The notes under the pieces are model-generated. The model did not search any database. It was not told the DNA's origin and saw only the letters and a list, made by a program, of their open reading frames with translations. A stretch of 64,000 nucleotides of DNA from contig JBAZXP010000001.1 in the NCBI GenBank assembly GCA_041659805.1, positions 576,589 through 640,588 on the forward strand, written 5' to 3'. This DNA is from Microgenomates group bacterium (GTDB lineage: Bacteria > Patescibacteriota > Microgenomatia > Daviesbacterales > UBA10151). Position numbers and translations under genes: made by a program. Each line of letters starts with the position of its first letter. Position 1 is the first letter of the stretch. Below are positions 48,961-59,049 of this stretch, in pieces.

Positions 48961-49974
48961 ATGACAGAACTTTTGGGTTTAATAATTATATCCTTTTTTA
49001 CAACAAGTTTTTTCTTACTTCCATATATTGATTTGCTTTACTATTTCAGAGCAAAAAAGATTAGTGTTTCACAGATTTCTGCTGATATAAAATCAAATAC
49101 GCCAATCCATGATAAGTTAATGAAAAAAGATTTTGGAACGCCTGTCGGTGGAGGAATTTTGGTTATTCCTGTGGTAATAATTTTAAATCTTTTAGTTTTT
49201 TCTTTTACACATCTAAAAATTAACTGGGAAATTATCGTTATTTTCTTTACAATGTGTACTTTTGGTACTCTTGGATTAGTAGATGATTTAAGGCATATTT
49301 ATTCAAGTACTTTGGGGAAGTTTAAAGGTTTGTCTACAGCAAAGATACTTCTTTTTCAGGTTGTTTTTGCACTATCTGTTGCTTTATTACTTTATTTTAA
49401 AGTCGGTCTTAATAATATCTATATTCCTGTTTTTGGTAATATTATTTTAGGTTGGTGGTATATTCCGCTTGCTGTTTTTGCAATCGTTTCTTTTACAAAT
49501 GCATATAATATTTCTGATGGATTAGACGGCTTATCGACAGGGCTTTTGACTATTTGTTTGTTTGCGTTTCTTGCGCTTGTTAATTCTGTCTTTGATCAAA
49601 ATTTAGCTATTTTTGTCGGTATTTGGATTGGAGCTTTAATTGCATATTTATACTTCAATGTTTTCCCTGCCCGTATATATTTAGGGGATGCCGGTGCTTT
49701 TAGTTTTGGTGCAACATTGGCAGTAGTAGGATTGCTTACCGGTAAAATTTTAGCGCTGGCGGTAATTGGGGGAATTTATATTGTTATAATTCTTTCCTCG
49801 TTGCTTCAAATATTATCCAAAAAAATATTTAACAAAAAAATCATGCCTGTTGCTCCGATTCATATGTATTTTAAATATATTGGCTGGGAAGAACCAAAAA
49901 TCGTAATGAGGTTTTGGCTGGCCGGATCGATGTTTGCTATCTTTGGTTTATGGTTAGCTTTACTCTCTAAGTAG
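48961..49974 (+). CDS. mraY: Phospho-N-acetylmuramoyl-pentapeptide transferase
   Basis: GTPVGGG, GLVDD, NAYNISDGLDGL, FNVFPARIYLGDAG, APIHMYF, GWEEPKIVMRFW. Confidence 0.92.
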   Translation: MTELLGLIIISFFTTSFFLLPYIDLLYYFRAKKISVSQISADIKSNTPIHDKLMKKDFGTPVGGGILVIPVVIILNLLVFSFTHLKINWEIIVIFFTMCTFGTLGLVDDLRHIYSSTLGKFKGLSTAKILLFQVVFALSVALLLYFKVGLNNIYIPVFGNIILGWWYIPLAVFAIVSFTNAYNISDGLDGLSTGLLTICLFAFLALVNSVFDQNLAIFVGIWIGALIAYLYFNVFPARIYLGDAGAFSFGATLAVVGLLTGKILALAVIGGIYIVIILSSLLQILSKKIFNKKIMPVAPIHMYFKYIGWEEPKIVMRFWLAGSMFAIFGLWLALLSK

Positions 49975-50012
49975 ATATATTTTTTGAGATTTGTGCAGGT
50001 AAAAATATTACA

Positions 50013-51113
50013 ATGAGACATTTACGTTCACTACCACAAAATAAAAAAATCGACATTATTTTATTAATTACCGTGATCCTTTTGTGTTTACTGGGACTTC
50101 TGGCAGTATTTGATGCTTCACAGTTTCAGGCTTTTCAGGAATTTGGTGACAAAATGTATTTCATAAGACAACAACTGATTTCTGCGGGAATAGGGTTTAT
50201 TTTTCTTACCTTTTTCGTCTTTTTTGATTATCACAGGTTGGAAAAAATTGCTTTGCCCCTTTTATTATTTTCAATTTTACTGCTTATTTTAGTTTTTGTT
50301 CCCGGTTTTGGGGTATTGGCAGGAGGAGCTCATCGTTGGTTGAAATTCGGAGGTTTTACCATTCAACCTGCTGAGATAATAAAACTTTCGTCAATCATAT
50401 ATCTTGCATCTGTTTTTCAGAAGGCCGCAAATACAAAGATATTCATAACAGTATTTAGTATCGTGGCAATAATAATTGGTGTTTTTCAAAAGGATTTGGG
50501 TTCAGCTATTGTTTATAGCCTGATTGTTTTTTCATTATATTTTATCGCCGAAGCGCCGATTTCTCATTTTTTAGGTTTATTTTTTATCGGAATTAGCGGA
50601 GCTGTTGCATTTATAATCACTGCGCCATACAGAGTTCAACGTGTTTTGGCTTTTATGGATCCATTCGCGGATACGCAAGGTTTTACATACCATATTTCAC
50701 AAGTTCTGATTGCAATTGGTTCGGGAGGGCTGTTGGGCCTTGGGATTGGTCAATCCAGACAAAAATTTTCATATATTCCGGAGGTTACTACTGATTCAAT
50801 TTTTTCAATTATCGGCGAGGAAATCGGCTTCATCGGATGTCTGCTACTCATATCAATAATCGGACTTTTAATACACAGGGCATTTAAAATAGCAGAAAAT
50901 GCATCTGATAAATTCGGAAAATTTTTGGCAGTTGGTTTGGTTGTTTGGTTGGGGTCGCAAACAATTGTTAATTTAGCAGCAATGGTTTCATTGTTGCCGC
51001 TTACAGGAGTCCCCTTACCTTTTATTTCATATGGTGGATCAGCACTCATTGCAAATCTCGTGTCAGTTGGTATATTACTTAATATATCTAAACAAGGACA
51101 CACACATAGATGA
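50013..51113 (+). CDS. ftsW: SEDS peptidoglycan polymerase FtsW
   Basis: GAHRWL, IQPAEIIK, YRVQR, AIGSGG, IPEVTTDSIFSIIGEE, PLTGVPLPFISYGGS; within dcw. Confidence 0.93.
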   Translation: MRHLRSLPQNKKIDIILLITVILLCLLGLLAVFDASQFQAFQEFGDKMYFIRQQLISAGIGFIFLTFFVFFDYHRLEKIALPLLLFSILLLILVFVPGFGVLAGGAHRWLKFGGFTIQPAEIIKLSSIIYLASVFQKAANTKIFITVFSIVAIIIGVFQKDLGSAIVYSLIVFSLYFIAEAPISHFLGLFFIGISGAVAFIITAPYRVQRVLAFMDPFADTQGFTYHISQVLIAIGSGGLLGLGIGQSRQKFSYIPEVTTDSIFSIIGEEIGFIGCLLLISIIGLLIHRAFKIAENASDKFGKFLAVGLVVWLGSQTIVNLAAMVSLLPLTGVPLPFISYGGSALIANLVSVGILLNISKQGHTHR

Positions 51114-52240
51114 AAACAATTATTACAGGAACACACCTAACGCCGTCTTTAGCAGTTATAGAAGAATTAAAGAAAGTTTCCGGTATGGAAGTAACTTATT
51201 TTGGCAGGTCCTCTACCATGGAAGGGGATAGGACAAAATCAGTAGAGTCTCAGGTTTTGTCAGGCCTTGGTATAAGATTTATATCCGTTACTTCAGGAAG
51301 ATTGCAACGGTCTTTTACTATTCACACGATTCCATCATTACTCAAAATTCCGATTGGTTTTTTGGAAGCACTTTATTATTTATTCGACGAGGAGCCAGAT
51401 GTTGTTTTATCAATGGGTGGGTATACATCTGTTCCAGTAGTCTTCGCGGCCTGGCTTCTAAAAATTCCGGTAATAATCCATGAGCAAACTCTAGTTCCTG
51501 GATTGGCAAACACTATTAATAGTTGGTTTGCTGATAAAATTGCCATTTCATTTCCGGAAAATGTTTTTTATAAAAATAACAAAACGGTTTTAACAGGAAA
51601 TCCTTTAAGAAAAGAGGTCCTAAACCCTCAAAATACAAAAGATGAGGAATTAAAAAAAATTGTTGAGACATCTTTGAAAAATAAACAGCCCTTAATACTA
51701 ATTACAGGAGGGAATCAGGGATCACATGCTATAAATCAGGCAGTTACTGATAATCTAAATGAATTAACTCAAAATTCTTATATTATTCACCAAACAGGTG
51801 ATTCTAAATTTGCGGATTTTGATAAATTGCAATCCTATAAAAAATCTATGAAAAATCCTGAAAAATATGTTGTTAGAAAATGGATCAACAGTGATGATTG
51901 GGGATTCTTGCTGAAGAAAGTAGACTTGGTTATTTCTCGGGCCGGAATAAATACACTACTCGAACTCAGTCTCTTTGCGATCCCGACTATTGCAGTACCT
52001 TTACCTGCTTCACAAAATAAAGAACAAGCAATTAATGCAGATTTTTTTGAAAAAGTCGGATTAGTTAAAGTTTTACTTCAAAATAATCTGAATAAAAATT
52101 TAACTAAAAATATTTTAGAAATTATAAACAACTTAGATGATTGGGAAAAAACAGCTAAACAGGCTTCAAAGCTGGTGATTCCTGATGCTGCAAAAAGATT
52201 AGCTCTGGAAATTGTGTTGCTGGCGAAGAAAAGGACATGA
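51110..52240 (+). CDS. murG: MurG, UDP-GlcNAc:lipid I transferase
   Basis: GTHLTP, SGRLQR, GGYTSVP, HEQT, TGNPLR, TGGNQGS, ISRAGINT, EQAINA. Confidence 0.93.
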   Translation: MKTIITGTHLTPSLAVIEELKKVSGMEVTYFGRSSTMEGDRTKSVESQVLSGLGIRFISVTSGRLQRSFTIHTIPSLLKIPIGFLEALYYLFDEEPDVVLSMGGYTSVPVVFAAWLLKIPVIIHEQTLVPGLANTINSWFADKIAISFPENVFYKNNKTVLTGNPLRKEVLNPQNTKDEELKKIVETSLKNKQPLILITGGNQGSHAINQAVTDNLNELTQNSYIIHQTGDSKFADFDKLQSYKKSMKNPEKYVVRKWINSDDWGFLLKKVDLVISRAGINTLLELSLFAIPTIAVPLPASQNKEQAINADFFEKVGLVKVLLQNNLNKNLTKNILEIINNLDDWEKTAKQASKLVIPDAAKRLALEIVLLAKKRT

Positions 52241-53013
52241 AACTTAAGATTTTGATTCTTCTTTTGTCGATCCTCTTTATCATAATTATCTGGAGGCTAA
52301 ATATTTTATCAATTGAAAAAGTCAATGTTATAAACTTTGCAGAATGCGTGAGTGTTAATGATTTAAGTACAGAAATAAACCGTTTTGATAAAAATTCGAT
52401 TTTGATTAGTCCGGAAAGGTTGAAAAACGAGTTAAGTTCTAAATACAAATGTATAAAAGATATAAGCATGTCTTATGAATTTCCAAAAACAGTTAACGTT
52501 AATGTTTACGGCCGGAAATTTTTAACAAAGATCTATTCTGTGGAGACGCCTCTTAATCTGACAGATTTGGAAGCAAGCATATCATCTGAAACTTCTTTAC
52601 TTGATTGGAATTTTCCTCAAGAATCTTCTGAAGATGCATTTGTTACCGATGAGACGGGTTTTGTATTTACGAAGGTTAAACCGGAAACGTCATTACCGAT
52701 TTTATTTCTAAATGAAAATATTATTTTGGGTACTCAATTGGATCCTCCTATTTTTAAATCCATCGAGCAAATATTTTCGAAGATTTTAACATTGGCACCA
52801 ATTTCTTATCAGCCAAATTTTAAAGCAAAAAAATATAGCAATATATTATTAATTAATACTTCTCCAAAAGTTGCTTTTTCGCTAGAAAAGGACATTTTGA
52901 GGCAACTCGCCTCTTTACAACTAATCTTGCAAAAAGCTAAAATAGACGAGAGGGTGGCTGAATTTATTGACTTAAGATTTGATAAGCCAGTCGTGCAATA
53001 TCGCACAAAATGA
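52237..53013 (+). CDS. ftsQ: Cell division protein FtsQ/DivIB-like
   Basis: N-terminal TM, POTRA-like FPKTVNVNV, C-terminal IDLRFDKPVV; directly before ftsA. Confidence 0.75.
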   Translation: MKLKILILLLSILFIIIIWRLNILSIEKVNVINFAECVSVNDLSTEINRFDKNSILISPERLKNELSSKYKCIKDISMSYEFPKTVNVNVYGRKFLTKIYSVETPLNLTDLEASISSETSLLDWNFPQESSEDAFVTDETGFVFTKVKPETSLPILFLNENIILGTQLDPPIFKSIEQIFSKILTLAPISYQPNFKAKKYSNILLINTSPKVAFSLEKDILRQLASLQLILQKAKIDERVAEFIDLRFDKPVVQYRTK

Positions 53014-53035
53014 GTAAATAATTTGGGTAAAAAAT

Positions 53036-54337
53036 ATGGCTAAAGATAAAGTAATCTGTGCAATTGATGTAGGGTCTTCAAAAATCGCGACTTTGATTGC
53101 TTCAATAGGTGAAGATGAAAAAATTAATCTAATTGGAGTTTCTGCAGTAAATTCTAAAGGAGTTAAGAAAGGTCAGATAGTTGATATCGAAGATGCTGTA
53201 ACTGCAATTACGGAAAGCATCGAAGCTTCAGAAAGAATGGGTGGTTATTCCGTATCTTCAGTTTTTGTTTCAATCGGAGGGCCCCATATTGAAAGCATAA
53301 ACTCTCACGCTGTGGTGGCTGTGGCTAAACCTGAAGGAGAGATTGAAGAAAATGATATCTTGCGTGTTAATGATGCAGCCCGTGCAGTACCGTTACCAAC
53401 TTCAAAAGAAATTCTGCATGTTATCCCGCGGACATTTACCGTTGATGGTCAGGAAGGTATAAGAGACCCGATTGGGATGACAGGAGTGAGACTTGAAACT
53501 GATACACACATTATTACTGGATCCACAACTGCGATGAAAAATCTTATTAAGTGTATGGAGCTAGTAGGGGTGGGTGTTGAAGAGCTTGTTTTTACCGGAA
53601 TTGCTTCATCACATGCAGTGCTGACTGATACAGAAAAAGAATTAGGAGTAATTTTGGTTGATATTGGGGGTGAAACTACTGATATTGTAATTTATGTTGA
53701 TGGTGCAATAGCTTACTCTTCTGTTATACCAATTGGCGCAAGACACATAACTTCTGATTTGGCTGTGGGGCTTCGGGTCTCTTTGGAATCTGCAGAAAAG
53801 ATTAAACTTTATTTAGGAAAAATTAGTAAACAACCTACAATGCCTGAAGCAAGTGAGAAAGAAGACGATAGAAGGGGGCTCAGTAAAGCAAAAGAGGAGC
53901 CTCTGGATGTGAAAGCCTTAGGTATCTCTGAAGAAATTCAAAAAATCTCTAAAAAAGCTGTGGTTGATTCTATCATCAGACCGAGAGTCAGAGAGATTTT
54001 TGAGTTGGTAGGTAAAGAAGTTAAAAAGAGTGGTTTTGGAGCTCAAACTCCATCAGGATTAGTGATTTGTGGCGGAGGATCTTTAACAGTAGGACTCTTG
54101 GATCAGGCTAAATATGTAATGGGTTATCCTGCACGACTTGGAAAAGTAGAAGGGTTATCTGGTATGGTTGATGAGATTGATTCTCCTGTCTTTGCAACAG
54201 CAGCAGGGCTCATAATTTACGGGGCTAAAAACGACACCGGTTCTTCACAATTTAGTTTACCTGTTTTGGCAAAAGGATTACCTATAAAAGAGGTGGTACA
54301 AAGAGGAATTAATCTGATTAAATCATTCTTGCCCTGA
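53036..54337 (+). CDS. ftsA: Cell division protein FtsA
   Basis: IDVGSSKI, GVKKGQIVD, PIGMTGVRLE, VDIGGETTD, AEKIK, CGGGS, ATAAGL; amphipathic C-terminus. Confidence 0.96.
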   Translation: MAKDKVICAIDVGSSKIATLIASIGEDEKINLIGVSAVNSKGVKKGQIVDIEDAVTAITESIEASERMGGYSVSSVFVSIGGPHIESINSHAVVAVAKPEGEIEENDILRVNDAARAVPLPTSKEILHVIPRTFTVDGQEGIRDPIGMTGVRLETDTHIITGSTTAMKNLIKCMELVGVGVEELVFTGIASSHAVLTDTEKELGVILVDIGGETTDIVIYVDGAIAYSSVIPIGARHITSDLAVGLRVSLESAEKIKLYLGKISKQPTMPEASEKEDDRRGLSKAKEEPLDVKALGISEEIQKISKKAVVDSIIRPRVREIFELVGKEVKKSGFGAQTPSGLVICGGGSLTVGLLDQAKYVMGYPARLGKVEGLSGMVDEIDSPVFATAAGLIIYGAKNDTGSSQFSLPVLAKGLPIKEVVQRGINLIKSFLP

Positions 54338-54352
54338 GTTTCTTAGCCGTTG

Positions 54353-54381
54353 TTGACGGTGGTGTATTTTATTGTTAGAAT
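54353..54381 (+). promoter_or_regulatory. Internal sigma70 promoter for ftsZ
   Basis: TTGACG (54353-58), N17, TAGAAT (54376-81), with TG extension; AGGA upstream of ATG 54412. Confidence 0.7.
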
Positions 54382-54411
54382 CTGCCCAAAGAGTGTGTAT
54401 AGGATAAATTT

Positions 54412-55599
54412 ATGCTTATTAAGCCTGATGTTCAAAAATTTGCAAAAATAAAAGTTATCGGTCTTGGTGGCGGTGGAACAAACGCTCTTTCTTCGATGAT
54501 AGCACTGCAACAGATACAGGGAGTGGAATTTATTGCCATCAATACTGATGCTCAGGCGTTACTCGCTAATCAATCACCCACAAAAGTTCAAATAGGAGAA
54601 GCTTTAACAAAAGGGCTCGGTTCCGGCGGAAATCCTGAAGTAGGTCGCCAGGCAGCTGAAGAATCAGCCCAAAAAATTGAAGATGTTATTGCTGACGCAG
54701 ATATGGTTTTTTTAACAGCTGGTATGGGTGGAGGAACAGGAACAGGATCAATTGCAGTGGCTGCACAAATTGCCCGTAAATTGGGGGCATTAACTGTAGC
54801 TGTTGTTACAAAGCCATTTAATTTTGAAGGAACCAGACGGATGATGGTGGCAGAAGAAGGTGTGGAAGAATTGCGCGATAAAGTTGACGCATTGATTGTT
54901 ATACCAAATCAAAGACTCTTGGAAGTTATTGATAGAAATATGTCTCTTCAGGAAGCTTTTAAGATGGCTGATAATGTTTTGGGTCAGGGGGTGCAGGGTA
55001 TTTCTGATTTGATTGTTATGCCGGGGCTCATTAATGTTGACTTTGCTGATGTAAAAACCATTATGACTGATGCAGGGTCTGCCTTGATGGGTATTGGTCA
55101 GGCTGGTGGTGAAAATAGGGCAGAAGTTGCAGCTAGGATGGCTATTGCTTCTCACTTATTGGAAGTATCAATCGAAGGAGCAAAAGGTGTGCTATTCAAT
55201 ATTGTGGGAGGGTCAGATCTTACAATGGAAGAGGTTGATAAAGCTGCTAAGATTATTTCTGCTGCAGCAGATCCTGACGCCAATATTATCTTTGGAGCAA
55301 CAATTAAGGATGATCAGGAACATTTCGATCAGATCAAGATTTCTGTTATTGCCACTGGTTTTGATCAAAATAGAGCACGGTTACGGGAATATGCCGGTAC
55401 AAATGCAGGCGTTAATCCTTTGCCACAGATGAATTTCAACCAGCCTCAACAGCAAAACCAGTATCAGGGTCAACAGGATCCTTCAAATGCACAGGATGAT
55501 GATCCACTGGTTTCTGAAGAATCTATGGTAAAAGAAGAGTCTGATGATGTAGATGAAAGCAGATTAGATATTCCCGCATTTTTAAGACGCAATAACTAA
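54412..55599 (+). CDS. ftsZ: Cell division protein FtsZ
   Basis: [37 protein letters not shown]-rich linker, C-terminal LDIPAFLRR. Confidence 0.99.
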   Translation: MLIKPDVQKFAKIKVIGLGGGGTNALSSMIALQQIQGVEFIAINTDAQALLANQSPTKVQIGEALTKGLGSGGNPEVGRQAAEESAQKIEDVIADADMVFLTAGMGGGTGTGSIAVAAQIARKLGALTVAVVTKPFNFEGTRRMMVAEEGVEELRDKVDALIVIPNQRLLEVIDRNMSLQEAFKMADNVLGQGVQGISDLIVMPGLINVDFADVKTIMTDAGSALMGIGQAGGENRAEVAARMAIASHLLEVSIEGAKGVLFNIVGGSDLTMEEVDKAAKIISAAADPDANIIFGATIKDDQEHFDQIKISVIATGFDQNRARLREYAGTNAGVNPLPQMNFNQPQQQNQYQGQQDPSNAQDDDPLVSEESMVKEESDDVDESRLDIPAFLRRNN

Positions 55600-55620
55600 G
55601 TTTTTTGCTACAATATTAGT

Positions 55621-56178
55621 ATGCAACCCGGACAAATTATATTTCAGGGAAAGACCAAAAAGGATCTTGAGATTTTAGTGCGGTATCCTCAACAGGGAGA
55701 TGCACAATTGCTTTGTGATTATATAAATACACTTTCTTTAGAAAAAACATTTATCCGTTTTCAAGGCGAACAAGTAAGTTTAGAAGACGAACAAAAATAT
55801 TTGGATAATCAGTTAAAAGGTATAGGAGAGGGAACTGTTGCTATGTTACTTGTTTTTGATGGTATTAAATTAATTGCTGTTTCTGATATTAATATGAAGG
55901 ATAAAGCTGAGAAACACATTGGTTATTTCGGAATATCTGTTGCAAAAGAATACCGTGGAAAGGGAATAGGTGGTTTGCTGATGGATTTAGTAATCAAAGA
56001 AGCTGAAAAGAATCTTAAAGATTTAAAAATTATTGAATTAAGTGTTTTTAGCGACAACCCTGTAGCAATGTCTCTTTATGAAAAATTTGGGTTTCAAAAA
56101 TTTGGAATTTTACCAGAAGGAGTTTTGCATGCAGATGTTCCGGTTGATCATATCTACATGTATAAAAAAGTAGCTTAG
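55621..56178 (+). CDS. GNAT-family N-acetyltransferase
   Basis: GISVAKEYRGKGIG, LSVFSDNPVAMSLYEKFGF. Confidence 0.9.
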   Translation: MQPGQIIFQGKTKKDLEILVRYPQQGDAQLLCDYINTLSLEKTFIRFQGEQVSLEDEQKYLDNQLKGIGEGTVAMLLVFDGIKLIAVSDINMKDKAEKHIGYFGISVAKEYRGKGIGGLLMDLVIKEAEKNLKDLKIIELSVFSDNPVAMSLYEKFGFQKFGILPEGVLHADVPVDHIYMYKKVA

Positions 56179-56220
56179 GAGCTAGTTTGATCCCATGTTT
56201 TTTGTTAGAATACTCCTATT

Positions 56221-59040
56221 ATGACAAAGTTCAAACAAGTTTCATCGCAAGTAGATTTTTTTGCCATCGAAGAGGAGACTCTTAAGTATTGGAAAGAAAA
56301 AAAGATTTTTGAAAAATCTATTTCATTGCGTCCGGAAGATAAAACCTGGAATTTCCTTGACGGTCCTCCTTTTGTAACAGGAATGCCTCATTATGGTTCG
56401 CTTTTATCGAGTATGCCAAAAGATTTATTCGGCAGATATTGGACTATGAAAGGTTATCGGGTAAGACGCGTTTGGGGTTGGGATGGACACGGTTTACCGA
56501 TTGAAAATAAGGTTGAAAGTAAACTTGGAATAAAACGCAAAAAAGACATAGAAGAAAAAGTTGGAGTGGACCGATTTGTTAAGGAATGTTTGGGATATGT
56601 AAATGAAATATCTTCGGAATGGCAGTGGTATATCGATCATATCGGGAGATGGGTAGATTTTGAAAATGCTTATAAAACCTGGGACATAAATTACATGGAA
56701 TCTGTAATGTGGGTTTTTAAGCAAATGTATGATAAAGATTTAATCTATAAAGGACTCCGCGTTTCACTTTATTGTCCTCATTGTGTTACACCAATTTCTA
56801 ATTTTGAGGTAGCGATGGATGTTGAAAATTATAAAAATGTTACAGAGCCAGCAACAACTTATAAATATCAGATAAAAGGCGAAAAAGATACTTACCTTTT
56901 GGCTTGGTCTACAACACCATGGAATAAATTAGCAACTCCAGCTTTGGCAGTTAATCCAAAGTTGGATTATGTAAAGGTGAAGCAAGGTGATAATTATTAT
57001 ATTTTGGGTAAGAAAACTTTGGGTATGTTAAAAGATGAACTATATAAAGTGGTAGAGGAATTTAAGGGAGAAAAGTTAGTTAATAAAGAATTTATTCCAA
57101 GCTATGATTATTACAAGATTGAAAAGGATAAAAGAGCTTTTGTTGTTATCCCTGGTGATTTTGTAACAGAAGAAGAAGGAACAGGAGTGGTTACTATAGC
57201 TGCATATGGTGAAGAAGATTTGGCAGTTATGAAAAAAGAAAATATTCAGATAGTCTTACATGTTGATGATGAAGGTTTTATAAAACAAGATGTACCAAAA
57301 TTTGGCGGGATGTATTATTTGGACGCAAATGAAGCAGTGAACAAAGATTTGGCAGATAGAGGCTTCGTGTATGATGAGAAATTATATACTCATTCCGTAG
57401 CACATTGCTGGAGATGCGCAACAAGACTTATTTATGCGCCAAAAGATGCGTGGTTTGTGAACGTTCAAACTTTAAAGCCAAGATTATTTAAAAATAACGA
57501 AAATATTAATTGGTTTCCAAAACATTTTAAACATGGTCGATTTGAAAAAAGTATGGAATCAGCTCCTGACTGGAATATTTCAAGAAATAGATATTGGGGT
57601 TCTCCTGTCCCTGTTTGGGAATGTGAGTGTGGAGAAAGAATTGTTCCTGGTTCTATTGCCGAACTTGAGAAACTATCTGGACAAAAAGTAACCAATTTAC
57701 ATAAGCCAGAAATTGATGAGGTGGAAATAATCTGCCCAAAGTGTGCTAAATCGGTTAAAAGAGTGCCCGAGGTGTTGGATTCGTGGATAGAAGCTGGAAG
57801 CGCATCATTTGCAGAAAGACACTTTCCTTTTGAAAACCAAAAACTTGAAGATTTTTTTCCACCCGATTTTATTGCAGAATATACCGGTCAAATCAGGGCC
57901 TGGTTTTATGTGATTCATGTTATCTCAACTGCCCTTTATGACGGTCCTGGCTTTAAAAATGTTTTAGTTGAAGGAGTTCTTTTGGGAAATGACGGAAGGA
58001 AGATGAGTAAAAATTATAGTAATTTTCCAGACCCCAAAAATTTAATTGAACAATATGGAGGCGATGCTCTCAGGACTTATTTAATGGGTTCTCCCTTGAT
58101 GAAAGGTGAGGATATAGATTTTGCAAATGATGGAGTTCCAGAAGTAACACGGGGATTTTTCTTAATATTGTGGAATTGCTATAAATATTTTATTGATTAT
58201 GCAATTACCTATGATTTTGACAAAGATAAATCTAATGTTAATTTTAAAGATTGTTCTATTTTAGATAAATGGATTCTAGCCCGTTTAGAGGAATTAGTTC
58301 TTCAACTCTCAGAGTCTTTGGAAAAATATGATACTTTAAATAGTGTAAGGTTGCTTAGAAGTTTTATCGTTGATGACTTTTCAACCTGGTATATTAGACG
58401 GAGTCGCGATAGGGTTAATAATAATTCAGAAAGTAAAGATCGGGATTTGACTTTAAGTGTTATGCATGCTGTTCTAGCTAAATATAGTCAATTATTAGCT
58501 CCCCTTGCACCTTTTATTTCCGAGGAAATATTTATGAACTTAACTGGGGAAGAGTCTGTTCATCTTTCAGATTTTCCAAGGCCAAATTTAGATTTAATTG
58601 ATGAAGAATTAATTTCACAAATGTCGATCTTGAGAAAATTTGCGGAGATGGGTCACGGTCAACGGAAAGACGCGGGGATAAAACTCAGACAACCCCTTTC
58701 AGGGTTTACTTATCATCTGAAAAATAAATTAGATGAAGATTTAGAAAAAATATTAGCAGAAGAATTAAATGTTAAAAAAATTACTTTCAAAAAATCTGAT
58801 GAAGTTAAGGGAAAAATAGAAACAAAAATTTCCCCTGAACTTCAGGCCGAGGGAGATACTAGGGAATTAATCAGACAGATTCAAAATCTGAGAAAAGAAC
58901 AGGGTTTAACGTTAAAAGATGAAATTAATATCACCTCGCTATTTATTCCGAAAGAAGAAGACCTTAAAAAATTAATTTTAAAACAGACAAATGCCAAACA
59001 GATTAAACTAGGCGATAAAGTAGAAATTGAAGTGTTGTAA
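56221..59040 (+). CDS. ileS: Isoleucine--tRNA ligase, type 2 (IleRS2)
   Basis: DGPPF..G.PHYG, GWDGHGLPIE, WSTTPW, GTGVV, DWNISRNRYWG, KMSK, WYIRRSR, IKLRQPL; IleRS2-type C-terminus. Confidence 0.96.
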   Translation: MTKFKQVSSQVDFFAIEEETLKYWKEKKIFEKSISLRPEDKTWNFLDGPPFVTGMPHYGSLLSSMPKDLFGRYWTMKGYRVRRVWGWDGHGLPIENKVESKLGIKRKKDIEEKVGVDRFVKECLGYVNEISSEWQWYIDHIGRWVDFENAYKTWDINYMESVMWVFKQMYDKDLIYKGLRVSLYCPHCVTPISNFEVAMDVENYKNVTEPATTYKYQIKGEKDTYLLAWSTTPWNKLATPALAVNPKLDYVKVKQGDNYYILGKKTLGMLKDELYKVVEEFKGEKLVNKEFIPSYDYYKIEKDKRAFVVIPGDFVTEEEGTGVVTIAAYGEEDLAVMKKENIQIVLHVDDEGFIKQDVPKFGGMYYLDANEAVNKDLADRGFVYDEKLYTHSVAHCWRCATRLIYAPKDAWFVNVQTLKPRLFKNNENINWFPKHFKHGRFEKSMESAPDWNISRNRYWGSPVPVWECECGERIVPGSIAELEKLSGQKVTNLHKPEIDEVEIICPKCAKSVKRVPEVLDSWIEAGSASFAERHFPFENQKLEDFFPPDFIAEYTGQIRAWFYVIHVISTALYDGPGFKNVLVEGVLLGNDGRKMSKNYSNFPDPKNLIEQYGGDALRTYLMGSPLMKGEDIDFANDGVPEVTRGFFLILWNCYKYFIDYAITYDFDKDKSNVNFKDCSILDKWILARLEELVLQLSESLEKYDTLNSVRLLRSFIVDDFSTWYIRRSRDRVNNNSESKDRDLTLSVMHAVLAKYSQLLAPLAPFISEEIFMNLTGEESVHLSDFPRPNLDLIDEELISQMSILRKFAEMGHGQRKDAGIKLRQPLSGFTYHLKNKLDEDLEKILAEELNVKKITFKKSDEVKGKIETKISPELQAEGDTRELIRQIQNLRKEQGLTLKDEINITSLFIPKEEDLKKLILKQTNAKQIKLGDKVEIEVL

Positions 59041-59049
59041 CTTCTAAGT

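Noticed and set aside
55430-55560. CAG/CAA-rich low-complexity stretch in ftsZ
   Set aside because: This is the ordinary disordered FtsZ C-terminal linker, not a tandem repeat element.
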